DNA of 61,571 nucleotides, counting the filler, from Globobulimina sp. (lineage: Eukaryota), in assembly GCA_003354225.1 (NCBI GenBank). It is 19 parts of 19 records of this genome, joined end to end, with 100 filler letters (N's around TTAATTAATTAA, not from the genome) between each part and the next. Parts side by side here need not be neighbours in the genome. Positions count along the whole stretch, not along the records: positions 45,452 to 48,595 come from PIVH01003590.1; positions 48,696 to 51,839 come from PIVH01003591.1; positions 51,940 to 55,083 come from PIVH01003592.1; positions 55,184 to 58,327 come from PIVH01003593.1; 15 more parts are not named here. One strand, given 5' to 3'. Shown one piece after another: positions 45,452-57,388 of the stretch. Below the pieces are notes generated by a model, which saw only the letters and a list, made by a program, of their open reading frames with translations, had not been told where the DNA came from and made no database searches. A program made the translations under genes and the position numbers. Numbering within the stretch: the stretch's first letter is position 1; each line of letters begins with the position of its first letter.

Positions 45452-48400
45452 AACTGCCGCAAATTCAATATGAATGGGATAATAATGGCACGGCAGAAAC
45501 ATTAACGTTCGGGCTCTTTTACGAAGATTATTATCCGGTGCAAAACGACCTAACTGTATTAGGCGAATACGGCGCCGATGGCAAGACTGTGCCACACTAT
45601 GTCTCCAAAGTCATACCATTTTGCGAGCCGTCAAGATCCTCGCCGGTCGAAGCACAATTTCAAATGCCCTGTGGTCAGTTGTCGATGTTTGATTGTTTCA
45701 GCGAAGGTGGCGAGTTCTTCCCCTTTGAAAACTATTTGTCGATGACGATGTTCCAGTCCTTCATGCCTGCCAATGTCTATACAGTTGAGTTACAAACACT
45801 GTGCTTGCACTTCTGTTTTTTGTCGTGTTCCGTGTTCTTTATAAAACAAAGGTACTCACTGTTTCTGTGCTAATTGTTTGGCAAACAAACAGAGTGTCAA
45901 TTTGTGTGTAAACTAGTAGAGTGTCAATGTTTTATTTTGCTGATACACAGTATATGCGGTCCTCATTTGATGGAATGGATTTGACGACATTGGGTGAAAT
46001 AATTGGTGAATCGTGTCCACTCTTTTCAGGAACTCGTATGCCATACAATAATTTATATGGCGGCGAAACGCGCATAGATCCCACCAATGATTCCTCGCCA
46101 GTCACTGCCATCAAAACCTGGGAAACCGTCATATTAACGGATAGTTTACACGGCATAGCCAAAAAAATAAAGATTGCCACAAAACAATGCAAATACACGG
46201 TGTCTTTAACTATTGAATGTCCCGAAACAACAGACGAAGATTTAGATGAAGCACAGGATTTATATTGGAAGTGGTTGGATTTGGTAATCGAATGGGGAAT
46301 AAAACAAATCGAGGCAAACGATGCCAATGATGATAAATTATTATCCATTACAATGTGGACCGACAAATCTGCGGCGGATTTATTAGCCGATGCTGGCTCC
46401 GCTGATTTTACATTAATATTTATCTCCTATTTCGCAATGGTGATATTCGCTGCGCTGACTGCCTTTCGGCCAAACAATTTATTTTTATCCAAATCGGAAG
46501 CCTCCTGTTTTGGTGTCATGTTAGTGGTGTTTGCAGTGGCCGGTACTTTAGGTTTAGTGGGATCTTTCGTCAAAATGGTGCCAGAAATCGCAAATGTAGT
46601 ACCATTTGTGGCCATTGGTTTCGGTGTCGACGATATGTTTATTCTTATGTTTGCCTACAAATACAGAGAACGTGCCTCCGTGCAAGAAATGGTAGCAGAA
46701 ACAGTGCGCATTGCCGGTTCCTCCGTGGCATTAACGTCGTTATCCAATTTTGCGGCGTTTCTCATCTCGACGCAAATACCGTTACCAAATGTAGCTAATT
46801 TCGCTACCTTTGGCACTATGGTGGTGGTCTTAAATTTTGTGACTGTGATATTTGGCTTCACTGCGATTTTAGCATTGACGGCGCGGCGACAGAAAGGTGG
46901 TTATAGAGATTGGGCTTTTTCGTGTTGTTTTGCAGATTGCACAAAGTATGAGGCCAATGAGGAAGACACCGGTACCGCTGTTGTGGGAGGAGCATCACTG
47001 TCGAGTGCTGGCTCAAAAGCGGGTATGTTAGCAAAACAAAGCAGAGATCCTGATACAAAAAGCGGACGTAATACATCTGGTGACGCATTTGAACCAATTT
47101 TCAATCTGTTAATTAAAACACCGGTGCGAATCTGTTGTTTATTGCTCTCAATTACATTATTTCTAATTGGTTGTATCGGCATTGGTTCCATTGAGGTTGG
47201 TCTACCACTGCAAGAAATTGTGCCGTTGGACAATTATGCTGGCAATTTCTTGCGGGTCCGCGTCGAATATTATACCACGCAGTCATTCACGTTGTACACA
47301 GATGCTGTTGGTGGCGAGTTGACGCCTATTGATTGGCCAAATAGATTTGAAGATTGGTTGGATACTATTCACACAATCCATGAGATATCGCCATTAGTAT
47401 ATGATGGAATGGACGTGCATTCATTTTGGGCCTTGGGCTTTCAGGAATATTTGCAAGACACTAAAGTCGACGCTGCGTTGACAGATGCTGGCTATGCGTT
47501 GGGTGACGCGTTTGTATTGGAGGAGGATGTAATTTATGCCTCGACGTTTTGTGAAGCAGATCGCGCCAAATACTGTCCAGCGGTGGGTGCGGAGTATTTT
47601 TTTGGCTCACCCGTGTTTTTATGTTTATATGCAAATGAGAATTATATTGAAGCGGATTGCTTTGATTATCTGTTTTCATTGTTACCTGCAGAACAGTTTG
47701 CAGATTATACGTGGGCGCATCAACTGTATATCACTTCGTTTGATGAGGCACATCCGAACGTAACTGGATTGTATGTCAAATCTGACAGTGATACCACGAA
47801 TGTATTTTATAAGTATCCCGCCTATGATGGGTATATATTCCAAGCCGAAGATAGCGAGAATTGTGCGGATGGTTATTGTGCGTGGTATTTCTTAGATGGT
47901 GCGTTCAATTTACTGTATATTGGTGATGCTACCACGAGTGATATGGACGAATTATTTGCGATCCCATCGCAAAATGGATGGCGCGATCCAGTGACACTTA
48001 GTGCAGCAAAAATAACACAAAATTATTTAGATTTTGGTGTGGCGTATTCTGGACAGTCGCGGAAATTAACGAATTTTATATATTGGGATGTATTACCGAT
48101 CACAGTGTTTCATTATAGTGGCAAAGGAGAATATGAATGGAAGTTAATGCGAAAATTAATGGGTTCATCCACTTCATTTAAGTCGGTGACAATGGGCACA
48201 TTCAATAATAAAGTGACATGTGATGCGGTATTAGAAGCAACAGAGATTTGTGGCGCAATACGGAATGGTGTCTCGCCGGGCTATATCAATTGTGGTGGTA
48301 TTGAGCAGTCCGCGGAAGATACAAATTGGTGGCTTGGTGAGTGTAACAGTGGTGCGGAGGATGCATTTTATGGCATTGCTGCCACAGAGAGTATAGCAGC

Positions 48401-48595
48401 GGATATAACCAGTGGTGAAGCATGTGATTGTACCGATGGTTTATCATTGAATCATTTGTCTGCCTCAATTATTGAAAAAGATTGTTTTAATCCGGCAGAG
48501 GTAATTAGTATAACTTGTGTACAAATCACAGAATGTACAGATTTGAGTTCGTGTTATGAAGAATTCGAAGAATTTACATTGGACGCAAGCGGTGA
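45452..48595 (+). CDS. Patched/NPC1-family (RND) sterol-sensing domain protein, internal fragment
   Basis: SSD motifs VPFVAIGFGVDDMFIL, AGSSVALTSLSNFAAF and PLPNVANFA, then GLPLQEIVPLDNY before a large luminal loop. Upstream exon about 45452-45851. Confidence 0.9.
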
Positions 48596-48695
48596 NNNNN
48601 NNNNNNNNNNNNNNNNNNNNNNNNNNNNNNNNNNNNNNNTTAATTAATTAANNNNNNNNNNNNNNNNNNNNNNNNNNNNNNNNNNNNNNNNNNNN

Positions 48696-51600
48696 TTTAA
48701 ACAATGAAGATTGCTGAGTAATTTGTCTTGTTTCTGTTTGTAATCTTCGCATTAAATAATCAATTTTACGGTTATCTTCATCAAACAAATCCGGTCCTAA
48801 CTCTAGGTCTTCAATCAATTGTTTTTGGATTTTCATATCTTTTAAAAATATTGGATGTTTGTTAAGCATTGATATTAATGGCGGATTGTCATGAATTGTA
48901 AACCCAATTTGCTGCCAAAATAGAAAAAACTTTGTCTGTGTTTGCAATCTACGCAATAAATATTTAATTTTACTGTTATCATCATTCAATACATTTATTT
49001 TTAAATCTTCAACTAAGTGTATTTGTGTTTGAAAATGTTGTAAGAATAATGGATGTTTCTTGACAAATGATATTAGCGTAGGATTATCATTTATAAATTC
49101 AGTTTGTTTCTGAAATGTTTGCGTATCTTTCTCAGAAATGCTGCCATTAAATGCATGCAATCTATGTAATAAATTGTCAATTTTATATTCATTTAATAAT
49201 TGAGTAACCTCCAACTCTTCAAATAATCTATGTAATATTGTCATTTTTTTGCTTTGTGTCTCATAATATGAATATTTCAAAAACAATGAATGTTCCTTTA
49301 CCTTTGATATTAATGCAGCACTGTTATTGATCAACAAACCAATCTGTTTCCAAACTCTATTTTTCTCGGTAATTTTAGTTTTCTTCTTTTGTAGCCGATA
49401 CAATGAGGCAACAATTTTATTGTCAATATCAAATGCAAAATATTGCTCGAATACGTTATCAAGTCCCAACTCTTCGACTAATCGCTCAAATACTAATTTA
49501 TAGTCCTCCTCTCCATCTGGTTTATATTGTGAATGGTTTAATAACAACGGATGTTTTATCATCATTGATATTGCTTCGTGGTTTTTATTCTGTGCACGGA
49601 AACCAATTTGCTCCCAAAATATCTCCTTATCAATAATTTGCTTCTCATAAATTTTTAATTGATACAATAAATGATCGACTTTTATCCCGATATCTTTTAC
49701 CAAGTATCTTGTCTCTGTAATGTGAATATATTGATCATTTAATAATATTTCAGACTCATTTTTAAATTGCGTGATCCAGGTCACATCGATAGCTTTGATA
49801 AGCATAAATGGATTGAAATAATTTGTTCTTATACTCCAAAGCAGGCCTTTTCTGCCGGAAAATCGATGTGCAACGAACTCAGTTAAAGTTGTCGAGACAG
49901 GACCGAAATACTTTGGTGTCCTATCATTGACAGCAAATATTGTATTAATACCATGATATATCGTTGCTGGTAATATTGTTTTTGGGTTAAATTGTGGCAA
50001 CGGCCGAGAATGATACAATGCTGCTTTATAAATAGTGATAGCCCAGAAATAAAATTCCTGTCTTGTCTCTTTGGAGGTGTTGGTCCAAAACGATTTTCTG
50101 AATGAAGATGTAAGCTCAGATTCGTCAGTGTACACTTTTAATGATAATAATTCGCAGAATGTATATTTATATCTTGTTTGTGCATATTGGAACCAAATTG
50201 AACATTTTTGTTTGTATATTTCTAAACTGCCAGTCATTAATCCATTAAATTTATTTTTAGATAGTTCATCAATTAATGATTTATATTTACTTTGAAATCC
50301 ATATCCAAACCACTCTAATACAGAAACACCAAAATTAAGGGCATTTACACTCGAATTATCAATGTATCGCTCATTTAATAAAACAAATAATTGTTTATGT
50401 AGATGTTGAACGAAAAATGCATAAATATTGGATTGATTTGGTTCAAATCCTTTCCCATCGACAGTACAATTTATATCTTGTAACAAACTCTGCCAATCAT
50501 ATTCGTGTGATTTTATCCATTCGATGAATTGTTTAACAAATGGCATATTCTCAGTGTTTCTTTCAATGAATTGCATCATTTCATCAATTTCATCCATTAT
50601 TGATAACGGTTCAGCTGCGGAAGTTGTGGTAAACCTTAAACTTTGAATATTTTCATTATCTGCATCTGGTAAAATGCGATATAACTCTTGCCCAGAATGC
50701 AATAAATAACAATGTAATGAATTTAAAGTGGATAATAAAATTCTGACAAAGGAATCATTTGCTTGTTTTTGTTTATTATTACTGTTTCTTTCGCGTCTTC
50801 GCGTTGAATGTTGTTTGACTGACACACAATTTATGCCACTTTTACATTCACCACCAATATCACAAATATATTTTTTTATTCCCATTCTTGCACTTCGCTG
50901 CAAACAAAACGAATGAACACAAATAATGTGAGTGTAACATTGAGATAATCGGATTAAATCAAATTGTTTGCACGTAACCGGATCAATTTCATTATGCATG
51001 TTTCTAAATAACTTAAGACAATAAATAATATAATCAATAAATCCGCACTCTTTAATAGCTAATATATGATCAAATGTACATTTTACATCTTGTGGTCGCC
51101 TTTGTTTTTGTTCTTCGTCATCTTTTATTATCGATCGATTATAATTAACACAAATATGCGTATATTTGGTGATAATTTTATAGTATTTATTAAATATTGG
51201 ATCATTAAGTTCCACTGCAAATCCATGTTTATATTTATCATCATATAATTTTTCGATGGCATCTACAGGTTTTGACATTTTATTCTTCTTAAAAAATCGG
51301 GGTATTATACAGTTGAGGTATTCTGGGAAAAATCTCATTTTTTCATTTCCTGTCATGCCATAAAATAAATGACATGTTACTATATTATCAGTCACATAAT
51401 CCACATTAAATTGCAATGATATGAAGTAATTTTCATTCAATTCATTCAATTCGTCACTATATTTACTGTCAACTAATATAGTCACTCTATCCACTGAATT
51501 ATTATTATTATCAATTTGTTGACGTCCTCTCTCGATAATTATTACTACATTTCGTATTTGGCTCATTTGTTCTTGTTGTATTTGAGTCATTTGCTGCTCG

Positions 51601-51839
51601 AACATTGCTGTTATTGATTTCAAATCTTGTGTAGGAGATATTAAAATTGCTTTTGGTCTGCCATTGTTTCCTAGTTTTGATGCTAAATAATGATCAATAC
51701 TTTGGATGCCAACTGGAAACACAATATTTTCATCGTAAATGGATACAATACGTTGTGGAATTACACATATTTTCAATCTAAAATCATTATTACGCGCTCT
51801 TTCTTTATGTACTAAATGTGATGCGGCAAAAAAATATGT
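48696..51839 (-). CDS. Large ADP-ribosyltransferase-like protein with C-terminal helical repeats (both ends truncated)
   Basis: Open across the whole contig. IYHG (about 49950-49961), STT (49887-49895) and ESE (49749-49757). Shares LNSLHCYLLH and KY.SL..EL..N with the 688-3151 protein. At least 5 C-terminal repeats of about 60-80 aa. Confidence 0.72.
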
Positions 51840-51939
51840 NNNNNNNNNNNNNNNNNNNNNNNNNNNNNNNNNNNNNNNNNNNNTTAATTAATTAANNNNN
51901 NNNNNNNNNNNNNNNNNNNNNNNNNNNNNNNNNNNNNNN

Positions 51940-52931
51940 ATCTTTTTATTTTTGTACCATTTATTGCATTTTGTGTCCGCAATCCATATCCCATCATCTG
52001 CCAAAACCAACAGCAATACATCATAAATAACAATTGCATTCCGCACATAGTCGGCTTCAAGCACTGCAATGTTTAATTTATTCAAATCACAGCTTGTAAC
52101 ATCATAACGATATAACTCATAACATAGATCAGCTCCCTTTTGCATCAGGAGGAGGAATTTGCTTTTATCTGGCAAACAAGCTGCGTATCGATAAATTATT
52201 CTTGACTCCTCTGCGGTGCACTGCTTTTGGTGTATATCATATATTAAATGCATGTTATGTCCAACAGAACGTAGCAGCAAATGTATTTTATTTGTTTCCT
52301 CATCATAATATGCACCAAAATAACGAAGAAAACTCATTGCACCAAAATCGTATGGCATAGATACATTGACTGATAACTTATCGATTCTCCATTGAGCTGT
52401 ATCAAGATCCAAATCACGCAATACTGAAATAATTAATTTATTGCCTTCTGTCTTATCATGCATAACGTATAAAATATATAATTCATTGCAATTGTGTTTA
52501 ATGAATGTTTGAAACTCATATTTATGATAATCGATGTGAGGAGGTAATGTTGCGATTATTTTGTATCCATCCATCGCAATATCATATTTTGCAACATATT
52601 CATGAGTCACACAAATAATATATTTTTTTGATTCTTTTTCGTTCTCATACACTGAACACGTATGACAGAATTCTTTTGGTTGACTCAAAATGATACATGA
52701 AGGAGTATACGTATTTAAGGGTGCTAACTTATCGATGCAATCCGCTTTCTTTATCCACTCATTGTAGTCGTTGCCCCATCCATAAAAATGTACCAATACG
52801 CATTCCTTGTTAATGCCTACCACTTTAACATAACACCACTGGTGAACAATCTCATCGTCATCATATAAATCCACGCTGTCATACAATTTAACATTTTGTA
52901 TCCATTGTGAGTGTTGGAGTTCTGCCATCAT
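51940..52931 (-). CDS. Tudor/Agenet/MBT-like domain followed by a beta-propeller-like region (3' truncated)
   Basis: VDLYD…WCYVKVVGINKECVLVHFYGWGNDYNEWI…LAPLNTYT, followed by beta-strand-rich blades. Confidence 0.65.
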
Positions 52932-52983
52932 CCACCTACTAAGTCTGTAGTCAGTGTAGTGAAACGGTTGATTATGGAATATT
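52068..52983. repeat. Copy 1 of a direct repeat of about 0.9 kb (copy 2 at 54192-55083)
   Basis: Near-identical sequence with scattered substitutions and short indels. Confidence 0.92.
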
Positions 52984-52987
52984 AGAC

Positions 52988-53514
52988 ATGGCGTCATATA
53001 CTTTCAAAGCAAGATTGTTGATTCTGTTAATATTATTTGATATGTCTATTAATGGAATTTTAGGATTTAGATCAAACACAGAAATTCAAATTTATTTCTC
53101 AATGTATACACCACAAGTTTCTACAAATCCCTTTTTTCCGTTTTACATTTATTTGCCATATATGTATATTACTATGTTACCCGCTGTAGACTGCAAGCAA
53201 TTTTACTGTTATTAATATTATTCTGTATATTCTTGTTAATGTGGAATACATTTTTATTTTCATATGGTTTATTAGGAAGTTTATTCAATGAAATGAGATC
53301 TTTTGCAGTAATGTTTCCATTATATTTCATCATCACAAATTCATTCAATATTTGGAGAATTATTGACGGAGACAATATATGGTTTACATCAAGTTACAAT
53401 GCAATATTTGTTATTCATTCAATCATAGCAACATTATTCTATTCATCATCATGTATTACGATATTCACACTAGCAAATCCCAAACTATATTCAGAAGAAA
53501 AATGGTTCACATAA
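52988..53514 (+). CDS. TMEM138: TMEM138-like ciliary membrane protein, one intron
   Basis: Intron 53104-53189. LLMWNTFLFSYGLLGSLF and LANPKLYSEEKW match TMEM138 (FFNTFVFQAGLVNLLF; LGDPHFYQDSLW). Confidence 0.75.
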
Positions 53515-53726
53515 GCTCTCTTGTTTTCTTTCATTCGCTCAATTACTCATCACTTTATTTAATCAGCCATACTAAGTACTGACTGACTCCACTCCAAAAT
53601 CCTAAATTCAAAACTTCAAAAGGTTATCGATCTTTCTACTCAGGTATTTCTCATCAATTGTATGCAAAACAAAGAAAGCTTAAGCCTTATAATTAAATAT
53701 AATATGAGTAATTTTATTACGAGAAA

Positions 53727-55046
53727 TCAAAATTCTATCAAAACGTAATCACGCGAATTTTTTACAGTTTTTTTTTGTTGATATGTGACGTAACAATGAT
53801 AGCACGCTTTGTGACACAATCCACATATTTTCATATACTCCTTATCATTAATAATTAATCCCAAATATAAAAGAAATGATATAAATGTATTCTCAACACC
53901 TCTTGTTATATAATCCGCAATAAATGTCGGTTTATTCGATAAATTCAATCCTTGATATCCTTCGGTGATAAACACACATATTGCAAATCCTTGATTAATT
54001 ACAGTGATAAATATACCAATTACAGTCTGTTTGGTTATCACATCCAATAAACGACTGTTTGGCGCACTTTTCAATGACAAAACTACCTCAGCATCATCCT
54101 CAGTTTTCAATCTAGCTGTAATCAATTGATTTAACTTCCAAATAAATAGTGAAAACAGTATTATATTTACTATAGAATCGATAACAGCTATAATGTTTAA
54201 TTTATTTAAATCACAGCTTGTAACATCATAACGATATAACTCATAACATAGATCTGTTCCCTTTTGCATCATGAGGAGGAATTTGCTTTTATCTGGCAAA
54301 CAAGCGGCGTATCGATAAATTATTCTTGACTCCTCTGCTGTGCACTGCTTTTGGTCTATATCATATATTAAATGCATGTTACGTCCAACAGAACGTAGCA
54401 GCAAATGTATTTTATTTGTTTCATCATCATAATATGCACAAAAATAACGAGTAAAACTTGCACCAAAATGCATAGATACATTGACTGATAACTTATCGAT
54501 TCTCCATTCAGCTGTATCAAGATCCAAATCACGCAACACTGAAATAATTAATTTATTGCCTTCTGTCTTATCATACATAACGTATAAAATATATAATTCA
54601 TTGCAATTGTGTTTGATGAATGTTTGAAACTCATATTTATGATAATCGATGTGAGGAGGTAATGTTGCGATTATTTTGTATTCATCCATCGCAATATCAT
54701 ATTTTGCAACATATTCATGAGTCACACAAATAATATATTTTTTTGATTCTCTTTCGTTCTCATACAATGAACCTGTATGACAGAATTCTTTTGGTTGACT
54801 CAAAATGGTACATGAAGGAGTATACGTATTTAAGGGTGCTAACTTATTGATGCAATCCGCTTTCTTTATCCACTCATTGTAGTCGTTACCCCATCCATAA
54901 AAATGCACCAATACGCATTCCTTGTTAATGCCTACCACTTTAACATAACACCACTGGTGAACAATCCCATCGTCATCATATAAATCCACGCTGTCATTCA
55001 ATTTAACATTTTGCATCCATTTTGAGTGTTGGAGTTCTGCCATCAT
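53727..55046 (-). CDS. Chimeric ORF: duplicated Tudor/propeller N-terminus fused in frame to about 3 TM helices of a GPCR-like C-terminus
   Basis: Nearly identical to 51940-52931 up to …DLNKLNI (54192), then switches to IAVIDSIVNIILFSLFIWKL…CGLCHKACYHCY. Confidence 0.7.
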   Translation of the reverse strand: MMAELQHSKWMQNVKLNDSVDLYDDDGIVHQWCYVKVVGINKECVLVHFYGWGNDYNEWIKKADCINKLAPLNTYTPSCTILSQPKEFCHTGSLYENERESKKYIICVTHEYVAKYDIAMDEYKIIATLPPHIDYHKYEFQTFIKHNCNELYILYVMYDKTEGNKLIISVLRDLDLDTAEWRIDKLSVNVSMHFGASFTRYFCAYYDDETNKIHLLLRSVGRNMHLIYDIDQKQCTAEESRIIYRYAACLPDKSKFLLMMQKGTDLCYELYRYDVTSCDLNKLNIIAVIDSIVNIILFSLFIWKLNQLITARLKTEDDAEVVLSLKSAPNSRLLDVITKQTVIGIFITVINQGFAICVFITEGYQGLNLSNKPTFIADYITRGVENTFISFLLYLGLIINDKEYMKICGLCHKACYHCYVTYQQKKTVKNSRDYVLIEF

Positions 55047-55083
55047 CTACCTACTAAGTCTGAAACGGTTGATTATGGAATAT
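54192..55083. repeat. Copy 2 of the direct repeat of about 0.9 kb (runs to the contig end)
   Basis: Matches 52068-52983. Confidence 0.92.
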
Positions 55084-55183
55084 NNNNNNNNNNNNNNNNN
55101 NNNNNNNNNNNNNNNNNNNNNNNNNNNTTAATTAATTAANNNNNNNNNNNNNNNNNNNNNNNNNNNNNNNNNNNNNNNNNNNN

Positions 55184-56384
55184 GATTGGATTTAATGAAC
55201 AAATTTGTGGCTTTATTCATCATATTATCGTATAATTTATGATTTAAACAATATATTTTATTATTCAATATCTCGTCTTTTAAATTATTATATTTCCTTT
55301 CAATGTACCATTTTGAACATTTATCTCCAGTGTCATTGTCATATACCTTCAAATTACGATAATAATCCCAATAATAAAACGTATGATCATTTTTATATTG
55401 ACAATACTGTTCCATTTGTTCCATTTTACCATCTCTTATAGCCTCTTCTTCCTCGTTTATACTTTGTAAGTCACATTTCATTACATTTTGATCTGTGTGA
55501 TTTGTATGGAATTTATTAACTTGCATTCGATCCTTAAATATATATTTTATGTTGGATGGTATTTTACTGTTTAAATTAATTAAATATGCTTTTAATTGTC
55601 TCATCTCTTTATCATAAAATAATTCATTTTTTGCATTGTAATTATCATTGTAACTGTCTCCAATGTCATACATCTCACTTGATTTTATTCGAAATCCGTC
55701 ATCATATGAATGCAAAAAGAAACAATGGATAGAATCTATTAATTGCAAATAAAAACTTATTTCTTCACTGTAAACACAATCTGTTTGGCATTAAACAGTA
55801 AATTACTGTTTAAATTATATAATTATGGCTCTATAGAGAATACCTAAAGAATACGCACTATTTCTCATAAAATGTCGGCATTCGGCTATAGACACATTAT
55901 TACATGAAATATATTTTGTGATTTCGTTATATACCAATTCAAACTGAATATTATTTTTTTGATTTAAATGATAACTAATTATATGATGATAATCAGAAAT
56001 TAGATGAAAATATTTTGTATCGAAATATTCTAATAATTTGTCGTGGAATTCGTTAATAATTAAATAATGTTTTTCAAGAAACAGGTAATATTTCAATAAT
56101 AAAACGATGCGTTTAATACATTTGCATGACAATACCGAGCAAGTTGTATCATCAATAAACTCTTCTCGCAATAATGCAGCATCATACTTTTTAAATTTAA
56201 ATAAAAATTGTTTTTGTTTTTGATCTAAATTGGGACCATTGGATTGTTCTGGATGTTCAACGGGTAAATCTGTACTATATGGTCCGGTACATGCTGTTGT
56301 TGATTTTAATAGTTTTCGGTCAAACGAGCTCCGATTCTCTGTGTATCTCACCTCAGGTTGTGTTTTGGTACCACATGAACCCAT
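55184..56384 (-). CDS. N-terminal part of a third member of the ART-like family (3' truncated), with a predicted myristoylation/palmitoylation motif
   Basis: MGSCGT start; CKCIKRI, LISDYHHII, LIDSIHCFFLHSYDDGFR and IERKYNNLKDEILNN are shared with the other two members. Intron about 55858-55781. The catalytic domain would lie beyond the contig end. Confidence 0.65.
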
Positions 56385-56477
56385 GTTTTAAAGTAAAGTA
56401 GTTTTATTACTCAAAAACCTTCGAAATATGTTTAAGTTGTGTGAGTGCATCAAATCGGAAAAATGAAAAAATAAATT

Positions 56478-57083
56478 TTAAGAGTTTCTTGTGATGGTAA
56501 CATTTATAGCTCCAGCATTATCACCATAAAATTCAAGAATATCATTGGCGTAGCATTCAATGGTGGCTGATGTAGCTAATCCCGGCAAATTTTGTATTAC
56601 TTTTGTGGTGGAATTTGAATTGATTGCAAAACATGATTCTGTATCAGTGGGATCTTCAATTCTTCCTAAACAACAAATTAACGCAGCCCAACGCGGATAT
56701 GACGGGTAACGCAATGATTTAATATAATTGTTCATATTTTCCCATTGATCCTCACAACAAATTAATTTTATCCATTTGTTTGTATACCCATTGGCTGTGC
56801 TATTGTGGTTATAATCAGTCCATGTCTGATCACCTTCGACCATAAAATTATATGATTCTCCGGAATATACCAAATATCCGGACGATGACCATTCATATTT
56901 AGAGCATACACAAAAATATCTAGTTTCTCCACTTGATATATTTGATGCACTTTCCGTTAATATTGATGAGAATGCATCTTTACATTCGCATGACGGCGTG
57001 CTCAAAACATTGGAGAACAAATACAAAAAAGCAACCAGTGAGGGAAGCAGTAATTTCCTGGCTACTGAGCTTTGTTTCGACAT
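56478..57083 (-). CDS. Secreted jelly-roll lectin-like protein (PA-IL/LecA-like fold)
   Basis: Signal peptide; YNFMVEGDQTWTD…ANGY…WAALIC…YAND…FYGDNAGAINVTITR. Confidence 0.55.
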   Translation of the reverse strand: MSKQSSVARKLLLPSLVAFLYLFSNVLSTPSCECKDAFSSILTESASNISSGETRYFCVCSKYEWSSSGYLVYSGESYNFMVEGDQTWTDYNHNSTANGYTNKWIKLICCEDQWENMNNYIKSLRYPSYPRWAALICCLGRIEDPTDTESCFAINSNSTTKVIQNLPGLATSATIECYANDILEFYGDNAGAINVTITRNS

Positions 57084-57135
57084 TTGCGGGTAGTTTATCT
57101 ATCGGAACTCATCGTGTGTGGCAGCAAAAAACTTT

Positions 57136-57199
57136 GTTTTTGGAAACATGTCACCGTACACGATTTAGAGACACGTCACCGTTTTTGGAAACATGTCAC
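57136..57199. repeat. Three imperfect ~22-nt direct repeats upstream of the lectin-like gene
   Basis: gtttttggaaacatgtcac (57136-57154 and 57181-57199) and the variant tttagagacacgtcac between them. Confidence 0.7.
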
Positions 57200-57388
57200 A
57201 AATTAATTAGTAAACGTTTGTATGATACAACAGCAAACTGAAAAAAATACGAAAAAAGATTGACCAAATAAACAGACATAAAACATACAAAAAACTACGC
57301 AAAATATCTAATATTATTTGTTTTATCAATCTCACACAAATAATACGAGCAAACACAAAAAATACGAAAAAACAATACGAAATAATAA

